Assembly: GCA_964016885.1 (NCBI GenBank)
Contig: OZ024766.1
Span: forward strand, 11,780,001 to 11,844,000
DNA: 64,000 bases
Reading direction: 5' to 3'
Origin: Eledone cirrhosa
Lineage: Eukaryota
Shown: positions 1-11,674 of the stretch, piece after piece
Layout: each line of letters opens with the position of its first letter
Position numbering within the stretch: the stretch's first letter is position 1
Made by a program: the position numbers and the translations under genes
Notes under the pieces: model-generated
What the model saw: the letters and a program-made list of their open reading frames with translations, nothing else
Told to the model about the DNA's origin: nothing
Databases searched by the model: none

Positions 1-712
1 GGACTGGATATATTTTGTTGTGACACCTACATGACCACTTTACAGTGTGGACTGGGTGCTTTTTGTTGTGACACCTACATGACCTCTTTACAGTGTGGAC
101 TGGGTGCTTTTTGTTGTGACACCTACACGACCACTTTACAGTGTGGACTGGGTGCTTTTTGTTGTGACACCTACATGACCACTTTACAGTGTGGACTGGG
201 TGCTTTTTGTTGTGACACCTACATGACCTCTTTACAGTGTGGACTGGGTGCTTTTTGTTGTGACACCTACATGACCACTTTACAGTGTGGACTGGGTGCT
301 TTTTGTCATGACACCTACACGACCACTTTACAGTGTGGACTGGATATATTTTGTTGTGACACCTACATGACCACTTTACAGTGTGGACTGGGTGCTTTTT
401 GTTGTGACACCTACATGACCTCTTTACAGTGTGGACTGGGTGCTTTTTGTTGTGACACCTACACGACCACTTTACAGTGTGGACTGGGTGCTTTTTGTTG
501 TGACACCTACATGACCACTTTACAGTGTGGACTGGGTGCTTTTTGTCATGACACCTACATGACCACTTTACAGTGTGGACTGGGTGCTTTTTGTCATGAC
601 ACCTACATGACCACTTTACAGTGTGGACTGGGTGCTTTTTGTCATGACACCTACATGACCTCTTTACAGTGTGGACTGGGTGCTTTTTGTTGTGACACCT
701 ACACAACCACCT
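1..712. repeat. 48-bp minisatellite (SINE A internal unit)
   Basis: ccactttacagtgtggactgggtgctttttgttgtgacacctacatga x~15. Confidence 0.95.
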
Positions 713-844
713 TATATGGGTATATATACACTCCATACTCTCATAATGCACTCAACCAAACTGTTCAGAGAGAGTAAGTTAAATATTACTAATTTGATAG
801 TAAAATTAGTTCGTTAAGACATGATCATGTTACTTTATTATAAA

Positions 845-950
845 CTGGTGGTAGTGGTTGGTAGTAGTAGTGTTGGTGGTGGTGGTGGTGGTGGTGGTGG
901 TGGTAGTGGCTGTGGTGGTTGGTGGTAGTAGTGGTGGTGGTGGTTGGTGA

Positions 951-984
<34 letters not shown>

Positions 985-1079
985 GGTGGTGGTGGTGGTG
1001 GTGGTGGTGGTTGGTGATAGTAGTAGTGGTGGTGGTGGCTGTGGTGGTTGGTGGTAGTAGTGGTGGTGGTGGTTGGTGA

Positions 1080-1116
<37 letters not shown>

Positions 1117-1125
1117 GGTGGTGGT
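845..1125. repeat. (GGT/AGT)n compound microsatellite
   Basis: Direct inspection. Confidence 0.9.
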
Positions 1126-1266
1126 GTTCCCAGCCAGACACTCCTAGGGTTAAGCAAATTACAAATAAATATATCTCCCCTCTCTCTCTCTCTCCCCCCT
1201 CTCTCTCTCACCCTATATGACAGAACACCTCTCCCATCATTTTGTCTCTCTCTCTCTCTCTCACCG

Positions 1267-1318
<52 letters not shown>

Positions 1319-1435
1319 TAAATACATATATGTTTATAATAATAAATGTTTCTACTTTTGGCATTCTCTCTCTATCTCTCTCTCTCATTGGACACCCCCT
1401 CCAATAATTATCTCTCTCTCTCTATCTATCTATCT

Positions 1436-1466
<31 letters not shown>

Positions 1467-1468
<2 letters not shown>

Positions 1469-1658
1469 AAAAAGTATGACCCCGACGGCAGAGCTCAAGC
1501 CATTTCGACGGGTATTTCTGAGTCCATAAATAGCCGTCGAAACGGCTTGAGCTCTGCCGTCGGGGTCATACTTTTTCCCTATTACCCACTCTACTACCCT
1601 AAGTATTGAGTACTCTGGTGCGTTATGGTCCATCTGGTTCCTTACCACATTTCCTTCG

Positions 1659-1660
<2 letters not shown>
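1467..1660 (+). mobile_element. (TA)n-embedded hairpin element with hammerhead 3' half and unique tail
   Basis: Palindrome 1467-1578 containing GAAAC-ggc-ttgagctct-gcc-GTC. Homologues at 38701-38903 and 41855-42052; fragments at 32766 and 32978. Confidence 0.75.
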
Positions 1661-1702
<42 letters not shown>

Positions 1703-1732
1703 ATAATAATAAATTTGAAGACTGTTATTTTA

Positions 1733-1783
<51 letters not shown>

Positions 1784-1787
1784 GAAG

Positions 1788-1837
<50 letters not shown>

Positions 1838-2274
1838 TCCGACCTCACACACTTACACCTCACCAAGACAATGTCACTGGACCGAGACCTTTGGCGGTAC
1901 TCAGTAATAGAGAAGACCCGCCTTACCTAAGTACAAAGTAAAACCTACTACAGTCAGTAGGCATCTCTAACAAATACACCCCCGTCCCACCACCCCCACC
2001 CCATCCACACCGCCCCTTTCAATGTAAAGTTATGTTGGTGCCACAACATCCAGGCCGAAACAAATGAGATCGTGTAGGTGTCACGACAAAAAACGCACAG
2101 TTCACGCTGTAATGTGGCCGTGTAGGCAACACGGTAAAAACCTCCCAGCCCCACACTGTAAATGTGGTTGGTGTTAGGAAGGGCATCCAGCTGTAGAAAA
2201 CCTGCCAGACAGTCCTATGCGAGCAAGATAACCACTCTTGCCTCAAGTGGGAAAACCCTCCATCCAAACCCATC

Positions 2275-2580
2275 TGGATGCCCTTCCTAACACCAACCTC
2301 ATTTACAGTGACTGCTGGGTGCTTTTTTGCTGTGGCACCTACACGTCCACTTTACAGTGAGTGCTGGGTGCTTTTTTGCCGTGGCACCTCCACGACCACT
2401 TTACAGTGGAATGATAGGGACCCCAGTCCCTATCATCTCATTTCTACAGCTGAGTAAACTGGAGCAATGTGAAATAAAGTGTCTTGCTCAAGGAAACAAC
2501 ACATCACCCGGTCTGAGAATTGAACTCACAACCTTTCAATTGCAAGGTCAATGCTCTAACCACTAAGCCATATGCCTCCA
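2275..2580 (-). mobile_element. SINE family A copy (3'-truncated)
   Basis: Near-identical to the reverse complement of 46561-46815. Confidence 0.8.
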
Positions 2581-2594
2581 TATATATATGGGTG

Positions 2595-2753
<159 letters not shown>

Positions 2754-2955
2754 CCATGCTAGCATGGAAAAATGGTCGTTAAACAGCGATGTTGATGTTG
2801 TTATATTTATATATATATATGTGTGTGTGTGTATATATGTATGTATATATATATCTATGGCGAGTAATATATTATTAGCACATACATATGTATATATAAT
2901 ATATATCATCATCATCATCATCATCATTTAACATGCATCTTCCATGCTAGCATGG

Positions 2956-3020
<65 letters not shown>

Positions 3021-3244
3021 TATATAATAGTCCTCTCACACACCAAGGCATGTGTGCGTGCACACATATATATATATGCGAGTGTGTGTGTGTGTATAGC
3101 AAAATAATTATGTAAAACCAGGAGGTTAATTAGTGTAGACAGTTACAATGTTAATTAATGAATCCTAATTAGGGCAAAGAGCTAGCAATATGGCAGATGA
3201 AAGTTACTGTACTGTATACCCAAATATAGGCTTACACCAAAATG

Positions 3245-4342
3245 ACATCTTTACAGAGTGGACTGGGTGCTTTTGGTCGTGACACCAACACAACCACTTT
3301 ACGGAGTGGACTGGGTGCTTTCTGTTGTGACACCAACACAACCACTTTACAGAGTGGACTGGGTGCTTTTGGTTGTGACACCAACACAACCACTTTACAG
3401 AGTGGACTGGGTGCTTTTGGTTGTGACACCAACACAGCCACTTTATGGAGTGGACTGGGTGCTTTCTGTTGTGACACCAACACAACCACTTTACAGAGTG
3501 GACTGGGTGCTTTTGGTTGTGACACCAACACAACCACTTTACAGAGTGGACTGGGTGCTTTCTGTCGTGACACCAACACAACCACTTTACGGAGTGGACT
3601 GGGTGCTTTCTGTTGTGACACCAACACAACCAATTTACGGAGTGGACTGGGTGCTTTCTGTTGTGACACCAACACAACCACTTCACGGAGTGGACTGGGT
3701 GCTTTCTGTCGTGACACCAACACAACCACTTTACGGAGTGGACTGGGTGCTTTCTGTTGTGACACCAACACAACCACTTCACGGAGTGGACTGGGTGCTT
3801 TCTGTTGTGACACCAACACAACCACTTTACGGAGTGGACTGGGTGCTTTCTGTTGTGACACCAACACAACCACTTTACAGGGTGGACTGGGTGCTTTCTG
3901 TTGTGACACCAACACAACCAATTTACGGAGTGGACTGGGTGCTTTCTGTTGTGACACCAACACAACCACTTTACAGAGTGGACTGGGTGCTTTCTGTCGT
4001 GACACCAACACAACCACTTTACATAGTGGACTGGGTGCTTTTGGTCGTGACACCAACACAACCACTTTACGGAGTGGACTGGGTGCTTTCTGTTGTGACA
4101 CCAACACAACCACTTTACGGAGTGGACTGGGTGCTTTTTGTCGTGACACCAACACAACCACTTTACGGAGTGGACTGGGTGCTTTCTGTTGTGACACCAA
4201 CACAACCACTTTACTGGGTGCTTTTTGTCATGACACCAACACAACCACTTTACAGAGTGGACTGGGTGCTTTCTGTTGTGACACCAACACAACCACTTTA
4301 CAGGGTGGACTGGGTGCTTTTTGTCATGACACTTACACAACC
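3245..4342. repeat. 48-bp minisatellite (second SINE A-derived variant)
   Basis: ccactttacggagtggactgggtgctttctgttgtgacaccaacacaa x~23. Confidence 0.95.
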
Positions 4343-4399
4343 CACTGTCCCTATCTCTGTACAGTCCCCGACATGTTGGCCCTTGTGACTAATAAATGA

Positions 4400-4752
4400 A
4401 ATCAGTATCGGTAGAGCGCCAGACACCATGCTTTGCAGCTTAGAGTTACGCACCTTTACGGTCTGAAATCAAATCCCGCCGAGGTTAACTTTGCCTTTCA
4501 TCCTTACGGGGTCGATAAAATAAAGTACCAGTCACGCACTTGGGTTGACCTAATCGACTTTCCCGTCCCCTAAATTACTGACCTTGTATCTATGCTAGAA
4601 ATCATACGTCCCTTTATGATCTGAGTTCAAATCCCGCCGAGGTTGACTTTGCCTTTCATCCTTATGGGGTCGATAAAATAAAAGTACCAGTAATGCACTG
4701 GGTAATTGCTGGCCTTGTGCCTAAAGTAGAAACAATTATTATTATTATTATT
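4400..4752 (+). mobile_element. SINE family B, two partial tandem copies
   Basis: Identity to 48939-49125. Confidence 0.8.
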
Positions 4753-4754
4753 AT

Positions 4755-4960
4755 GCCAGGAAATGCCAGTTGAAGGAAGACGTGGTAGAGGTAGACCACG
4801 AAAAACATGGGCGGTGGTGGTGAGAGCAGACCTCAGATCGCTGAAGCTCATGGTGGAGATGACGAAGGACCATGACGAGTTGAGAGATGGTGTGCTGAAA
4901 AAGACCCGGCCCACCCTTGCAAGCAGGGAAGAGCAGACGTAAAATGATGATGATGATGAT
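4755..4960 (+). mobile_element. RTE-clade LINE 3' end
   Basis: VEGRRGRGRPRKTW...DL C-terminal motif and (gat)n tail. Confidence 0.75.
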
Positions 4961-5007
4961 TTGATGTTATTTAACTGAAAAGTTTGATCAAATGAACATC
5001 AAGTCAC

Positions 5008-5685
5008 TACCTGCAGCCTCAGATATTCCGGACGTTTCGGAGGGTTCTTGCTGTTCCCAGCAAGCATGCCTTTTGAAGTGTTCCAAAAAAGGGGGCTGGA
5101 CTAACCTTCTTTAACCATCCTTGAAAACTCTTTGAGATAGTACCTTGTGCTCCTATGACAATCGGGACGACATTTATCTGAAGCTTCTACCTGCAGCCTC
5201 AGATATTCCGGACGTTTCGGAGGGTTCTTGCTGTTCCCAGCAAGCATGCCTTTTGAAGTGTTCCAAAAAAGGGGGCTGGACTAACCTTCTTTAACCATCC
5301 TTGAAAACTCTTTGAGATAGTACCTTGTGCTCCTATGACAATCGGGACGACATTTATCTGAAGCTTCTACCTGCAGCCTCAGATATTCCGGACGTTTCGG
5401 AGGGTTCTTGCTGTTCCCAGCAAGCATGCCTTTTGAAGTGTTCCAAAAAAGGGGGCTGGACTAACCTTCTTTAACCATCCTTGAAAACTGTTTGAGATAG
5501 TACCTTGTGCTCCTATGACACTCGGGACAACATTTATCTCATGACAGTCCCAAATCCTTTTCAGTTCCCACTTTAAATCCTGGTATCGGTTAATATTCTC
5601 CTCCTTTTCTTGCACTCTCGTGTCAAAAGGGCAGGCTACATCTACAACGAGGCACGACCTTTTTACTCTGAGTAAGCGCCTGTGA
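5008..5685 (-). mobile_element. 3' fragment of an R4/Dong-like non-LTR retrotransposon (restriction-like endonuclease region), last 180 bp triplicated
   Basis: VVDVACPFD...KxxxxxxRYQDL...VVPxVIGAxGT...LQKACLLGTARTLR, with a 180-bp direct repeat x3. Confidence 0.8.
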
Positions 5686-5689
5686 ATTG

Positions 5690-6376
5690 AAGGTGGAAAA
5701 CCGGGAAAGGGCACTTGCCCTGGAGGTCAGGGTCACCGTGGCTTTTTTTTTAATGGGCTTTCTCCACGAATGTCCCTCGGAAGTCTCCCTCCCCCCATTG
5801 GGAATATTTGATTGTTTCTTTTTTGTTACATCCTCTGTTTTTTTTTTTGTTTTTTTTTACACGCAGAAATGCTCATTTGTACCGTCCTGTACTGTCCTGT
5901 ACTGTCCTTAATGTCTACTTTATGTCAACCCTTGTGGTTAATAATGAAAGCATTATTATTATTATTATTATTATTAACTTTTTCAAATTTCATTTGAAAA
6001 GGAAAATCAGGGTAGAGAGGGAAGTGCTCTCTTCCCAGCATTTTGTTGAAAGATGGGTGAGAGAGGCAAGTATGGCCCGAGTGAATGGGCCTACTCTCAG
6101 TACGTGTCTGTAAATTAAAGGTGGAAAACTGGGAGAAGGCACTTGCCTTGGTGGTCAGGGTCATTGTGGCCTTTTACTGGGCTTTCTCCACAAATGTCCC
6201 TCCGAAGTCTCCCCCCTATTGGGGAATATTTCATTGTTATTTTTTTGTTACATCCTCTGTTTTTGTTTTTTTTACACGCAGAAATGCCCATTTGTACCGT
6301 CCTGTATTGTCCTGCACTGTCCTTAATGTCTACTTTATGTAAACCCTTGTGGTTAATAAAGAAAACATTGTTATTA

Positions 6377-6412
<36 letters not shown>
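5690..6412 (+). mobile_element. Two tandem 3' ends of a LINE (Tx1/L1-like) with (ATT)n tails
   Basis: 5690-5975 and 6117-6412 are near-duplicates ending cttgtggttaataa+(att)n. ORF remnant FFKFHLKRKIRVEREVL...FVERWV...*. Confidence 0.55.
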
Positions 6413-6414
<2 letters not shown>

Positions 6415-6416
6415 AG

Positions 6417-6549
6417 TCTAACAGAGAATTATGGATGGAGGTGGCTGATAAAATCACAATGGCAGTGCAACAGATTATAGAATTTGCTAAAATGGTACCG
6501 GGGTTTATGGATCTATCGCAGGATGACCAAATCATGTTGTTAAAAGCAG
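6417..6549 (+). CDS. HR3: Nuclear receptor HR3/ROR-like (NR1F) ligand-binding domain, internal exon (helices 3-5)
   Basis: ttacag acceptor and gca g|gtacgt donor. Translates [44 protein letters not shown], containing the NR signature FAKxxPGFxxLxxxDQxxLLK. Ends in phase 1. Confidence 0.93.
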
Positions 6550-6714
6550 GTACGTCTCTCTTGTTGTTGTTGTTGTTGTTGCTGCCATTGTTGCTGTTGC
6601 TGATTTTCTTCTTCACTTCATCAGTCGAATTGATCAACAAGATCCGAGATGTTATTTGTTACTCGCTTACCTAATGGGTGTCAGGTCACTCTTGAGTGAT
6701 CTGACAGTAAAACC

Positions 6715-7040
6715 TGTAGCATGGTCGTGACATCGGCGACTCAACCGGCGACCCTACCAAATTAACTTGGTGGGTGAGGGTGATTTTGGACACCTTGCAG
6801 GACTAAAAACAAAACCTGACAAAGGGCGGAAGAACTCATAAGAGTCAACGGGGGCATCTAGAAAAAGATCCTGCCAAGTCAATGGGTGGCATGGTCGTGA
6901 CATCGGCGACTAAACCGGCGACCCTACCAAGTTAACTTGGTGGGTGAGGGGGATTTTGGACACCTTGCAGGACTAAAAACAAAACCTGACAAAGGGCGGA
7001 AGAACTCATAAGAGTCAACGGGGGCATCTAGAAAAAGGTG
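6715..7040. repeat. Duplicated ~150-bp interspersed repeat (also at 39594-39738)
   Basis: ggcgactaaac...ggacaccttgcaggac...gggcggaagaactcataagagtcaacgg in three copies. Confidence 0.7.
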
Positions 7041-7315
7041 GCAGTAGTTCCAACTTCATCGAAAGACTGGTGTAGTGGTTCTGAGAACAAGGCGGCTTTG
7101 CAGATGACCAATGCAAATTGACAATGGAAAGGGGCTCCTGCTCAAGTTAGAAGAGAACTATTGACCTTCAGGAGAAGCTGCGACCCCTGATTGTATTCAG
7201 CAACCAAAATAAATATGAAGTACACCAAATCCAATGCTCCTAGGGCATGTTCGTGGTCCTGGGTTCTTTTTATTTGCGAGTGTAAACTTGACCAGATTAG
7301 ATTAGATTAGATATA

Positions 7316-7670
7316 TAATTGTTTCTACTTTAGGCACAAGGCCAGCAATTATCCCAGTGTATTACTGGTACTTTATTTTATCGACCCCGTAAGGTTGAAA
7401 GGCAAAGTCAACCTCGGCGGGATTTGAACTCAGATCGTAAAGGGACGTAACTATGCTGGAAAGCATGGCGTCCGACCCTTACCGATACTGCCAACCCACC
7501 GCCTTAGATATATTAGATATATAATGTTGTATACATAAATGTTTCTACTTTTGGCACAAGGCCAGCAATTATTCCAGTGCATTACTGGTACTTTATTTTA
7601 TCGACCCCGTAAGGATGAAAGGCAAAGTTAACCTCGGCGGGATTTTACCTTTCATCCTTACGGGGTCGAT
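7316..7670 (-). mobile_element. SINE family B full copy plus partial fold-back copy
   Basis: Reverse complement of family B. 7600-7670 forms a hairpin (atcgaccccgtaaggatgaaagg...cctttcatccttacggggtcgat). Confidence 0.8.
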
Positions 7671-8066
7671 ATAATAGTGTATATATAATGATGTGTGTAT
7701 ATTGGTGTATATAATAGTGTATATATAATGATGTGTGTATATTGGTGTATATAATAGTGTATATATAATGATGTGTGTATATTGGTGTATATAATAGTGT
7801 ATATATAATGATGTGTGTATATTGGTGTATATAATAGTGTATATATAATGATGTGTGTATATTGGTGTATATAATAGTGTATATATAATGATGTGTGTAT
7901 ATTGGTGTATATAATGGTGTGTATATAATGATGTGTGTATATTGGTGTATATATAATGATGTGTGTATATTGGTGTATATATAATGATGTGTGTATATTG
8001 GTGTATATAATAGTGTATATATATAATGATGTGTGTATATTGGTGTATATAATGGTGTGTATATAA
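7670..8066. repeat. 39-bp minisatellite
   Basis: tataatagtgtatatataatgatgtgtgtatattggtgta-type units. Confidence 0.9.
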
Positions 8067-8739
8067 CGTATATAACAATGCAGCTCTGCAGATGATCAAT
8101 GGTAAGGGGCTCCCGCTCGAGTTAGAAGGGAACTATTGACCTTGAGGCGAAGCAGTGACCCCTGATACCGAAATAAATACGAAGTACACCAAATCCAATT
8201 CAATTTTTTGCAAGGGAAAAAATCATAGAAAATTAGTTTTGTGTGCCAAGGGAGAGAACCTCAGTCACGCTAGTGTTATCTCCCTTGGTTATTCTATACA
8301 TACACATGTCAATTTCCTTTCTGGATTAGGGGTGACAGAACAAAAACAAAAATGAGGAGTGCATTTACGAACGGTGTTGGCATTAGGTTCACACTTGAGA
8401 GTGAGAGGTGGGAGACGACGTTTCAGGCATAAGCCCTTCATCAGGAAAAAGGTGGGATGGAAAAGTGTTCTGAGAGGGTGTGAGGAGGGAGTGGTGGAAA
8501 GTCATTAAAATGAAAATAGGCGGTGAAAGGGTGTGAGGCGTGTAGAGGTAGTGGTGAGTATATATATATCATTCATTCTCAGCCCCACACTCATCGACAC
8601 AGTCTCCACCTGCTGCATCAAATCCTCTGCCTCCTTCACTGTGTTTGTCACCAGAACTATGTCATCGGCCAATTCAGCATCCGATATCTTTTTCGCCTTA
8701 ACTGCTCTGAGCCGGTGCTACAGTAAAGCCAGAGTTCTG

Positions 8740-9376
8740 GCGTCTCTCCAGAGGAGACTGAGGTTAGCTGGACACGCTCACCGACATCTAGAGTTGACAT
8801 TTGACTCAGTGCTCTTGTGGGAGCCCCTGCATGAACACACTGGAAGACGGAGACCGAGGATGACATATATGTATATACACACACACAGCTCCAAAGTAAC
8901 ACAGAGGAGACTGAGGTTAGCTGGACATGCTCACCGACATCTAGAGTTGACACTGCACTCAGTGCTCCTGTGGGAGCCCCTACATGGACACACTAGGTTA
9001 GCTGGACATGCTCACCGACATCCAGAGTTGACACTGCACTCAGTGCTCCTGTGGGAGCCCCTACACAGACACACTAGGTTAGCTGGACACGCTCACCGAC
9101 ATCCAGAGTTGACACTGCACTCAGTGCTCCTGTGGGAGCCCCTACATGGACACACTAGGTTAGCTGGACATGCTCACCGACATCCAGAGTTGACACTGCA
9201 CTCAGTGCTCCTGTGGGAGCCCCTACACAGACACACTAGGTTAGCTGGACATGCTCACCGACATCTAGATTTGACACTACACTCAGTGCTCCTGTGGGAG
9301 CCCCTACACAGACACACTAGGATAGCTGGACATGCTCACCGACATCTAGAGTTGACACTACACTCAGTGCTCCTGT
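8740..9376 (+). mobile_element. RTE-clade LINE C-terminal fragment expanded as a 75-bp tandem repeat
   Basis: RRLRLAGHAHRH...LLWEPLH...RRRPRMTY, followed by about 6 copies of a 75-bp unit. Confidence 0.7.
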
Positions 9377-9425
9377 TCTCGTGACGCAGCTTGATGGAGC
9401 ATGCAACTATTTATATACTCTTGTT

Positions 9426-9479
9426 TATAGGCTCTGATGATTCCTGCCTTAGGGTATGGATGAAACACTGTTAGCTATA
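9426..9479 (+). ncRNA. Minimal type-I hammerhead ribozyme motif
   Basis: tatag(g)ct-CTGATGA-ttcc..ggat-GAAA-cactg-TT-agctata. Confidence 0.6.
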
Positions 9480-9559
9480 TAAAACAATGTATTTATAAGC
9501 ACTCTTTGGTTATTCCTAAACCTATATATATATATATGGTTTGTTTATATATATATATA

Positions 9560-10079
9560 GTTAAAAGAATAGAGGTGTAACACACAAGTTATTATATATT
9601 GGTAAACGGAATAGAAAATGCTGACAAATTGTTCACAGTTGAAAAATGGTTTAATTAGGAATAAAAGAGTATTAGTGATTGTATGGGTTAGTATTCAGTT
9701 GTGGTTTTAAGTTTTTACCGGTTGCGCATTTCTAAATGCTTTTCAAAAATAATTTTGAGATAGAGTGTCCGTGTTGTTTGCTCTGATCTGTTTAGTTTTG
9801 GGAATTCTACCCGTTTTTATGTTAAAAAAGTGGCTCCAGCGTTACTTTGGTGTTGCAAAAATTCTTGTGGTCAAAACAATTTTGATTGGTCGGTAGAGGT
9901 CATGTGAATGTAAAAATTTTTGAAAAGCATTTAGAAATGCGCAACCGGTAAAAACTTAAATACTTAAAACCACAACTGAATACTAACCCATACAATCACT
10001 AATACTCTTTTATTCCTAATTAAACCATTTTTCAACTGTGAACAATTTGTCAGCATTTTCTATTCCGTTTACCAATATA
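9560..10079. mobile_element. (TA)n-embedded inverted-repeat element (~155-bp arms)
   Basis: 9597-9750 is the reverse complement of 9916-10079. The family also occurs at 41411-41793 (inverted) and 57632-57824 (single arm). Confidence 0.75.
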
Positions 10080-10245
10080 TATATATATATATATATATAT
10101 TTTGAGTTTATGTTGGTTGTATACCAACACCTCAGTATGCAGGCTGGAGCACTCGACGAAGTGCGCAGGTTGGTTTGGTTACTCCGGAGTAATGTAAAAT
10201 AAAGTTAAATAAAAGTCAAATGATTAAAATTTAGCTTCGTTTATT

Positions 10246-10300
10246 ACTGCTATATATATTTCAGTGACAGTCATCTTTGGCTGTGACCTCTTCAGGCAGT
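10246..10300 (-). ncRNA. Minimal type-I hammerhead ribozyme motif
   Basis: actgc-CTGAAGA-stem II-GAAA-tatata-TA-gcagt, with a perfect stem I and palindromic stem III. Confidence 0.75.
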
Positions 10301-10413
10301 TTGAATTAGTATGGTAGAGACAAGTACATATGTTGTTTAGGTGTATAATATTGTCAATACTCTGATATGCCCAGTACCTGGTTGGGTTGTTATTTCACTG
10401 AGGAACTGGAGTC

Positions 10414-10463
<50 letters not shown>

Positions 10464-10495
10464 AGTGTAATTTTCTACACAAAACGAAGATTATA

Positions 10496-10700
10496 GAGAA
10501 AATTGAGGTTGGTAATGGCACATGGAATATATAAGAGACAGAATACTTTTTTGTGAGAAAACATAATTTTATAAGGTAAGGAAATAATAAAGGGTATAAT
10601 AAAGGGTATTATTTCCTTACCTTATAAAATTATGTTTTCTCACAAAAAAGTATTCTGTCTCTTATATATTCCATGTGCCATTACCAACCTCAATTTTCTC
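10496..10700. repeat. Near-perfect palindrome with ~94-bp arms
   Basis: agagaaaattgaggttgg...ggaaataata / tattatttcc...ccaacctcaattttctct. Confidence 0.9.
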
Positions 10701-10786
10701 TCTCTCTCTCTATATATATATATATGAGGAGGTTATATATATATATAGGGTTTGTTTATATATATATATATGGTTTTATTTTTCAG

Positions 10787-10894
10787 GGAGTTTTGAACTA
10801 GCCTTGATAAGGTTGTGCAGAGTTTATGAAACGTCGACAAAACGAGTGATATTCGGCACTGTATTCTTACCTTTGAAAACTTTCTCAGCTTTCA
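10787..10894 (+). CDS. HR3: HR3/ROR-like LBD internal exon
   Basis: ttttcag acceptor, a|gtaagt donor, phase 1/1. (G)SFELALIRLCRVYETSTKRVIFGTVFLPLKTFSAF continues LLKAG-SFE as in HR3. Confidence 0.92.
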
Positions 10895-10971
10895 GTAAGT
10901 ATGGCCTTTGTCTTCTTTCCATCCTTCTCTCCCTGTTGTTCGTTTTATCACACATGTGCACACCATACCGT

Positions 10972-11546
10972 CTTCTTCCTAACAACCCACCCTTGTCCTT
11001 AACAACCCACCCTTGTCCTTAACAGCCCACTCTCGTCCTTAACAGCCCATCCTCATCCTTAACAACCCACCCTCGTCTTTAACAACCCACCCTCGTCTTT
11101 AACAACCCACCCTCTTCCTAACAACCCACCCACATCGTAACAACCCACCCTCGTCCTTAACAACCCACCCTCTTCCTAACAACCCACCCTTGTCCTTAAC
11201 CAACCGTCTTCCTAACAACCATCCCTCTTCCTTAACCCACTCACATCCTAACAACCCACCCTCGTCCTTAAGAACCAACCCTCTTCCTAACAACCCACCC
11301 TCGTCCTTAACAAACCACCCTCGTCCTTAACAAACCACCCTCGTCCTTAACAACCCACCCTCGTCCTTAACAACCCACCGTCTTCCTAACAACCCACCCT
11401 TATCCTTAACAACCAACCGTCTTCCTAACAACCCACCCTTATCCTTAACAACCAACCCTCTTCCTAACAACCCACTCTCTTCCTAACAACCCACTCTTGT
11501 CCTTAACAACCAACCCTCTTCCTAACAACCCACCGTCTTCCTAACA
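10972..11546. repeat. ~20-bp minisatellite
   Basis: aacaacccaccctcgtcctt units. Confidence 0.9.
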
Positions 11547-11614
11547 GTGAGGATACTGAACTTATACCATTAAGTTCACATGAAGATATGACACTATCTT
11601 TGCACCAAATATTA

Positions 11615-11674
11615 TATTTTATCTGACAAAAACCTACTAAATTTTAGTACCCTTGAAATACGTATAATAAGATA
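11615..11674 (+). ncRNA. Degenerate hammerhead motif
   Basis: tattttat-CTGACAA-...-GAAA-tacgta-TA-ataagata, core G8 mutated. Confidence 0.5.

Noticed and set aside
6880-6930. HDV-like ribozyme 3' half (ggtcg...cgactaa)
   Set aside because: No P1/P2/P3 partner strands found upstream.
8411-8450. Hammerhead core CTGATGA-agggc..gcct-GAAAC on minus
   Set aside because: No stem I pairing; counted only as a degenerate remnant.
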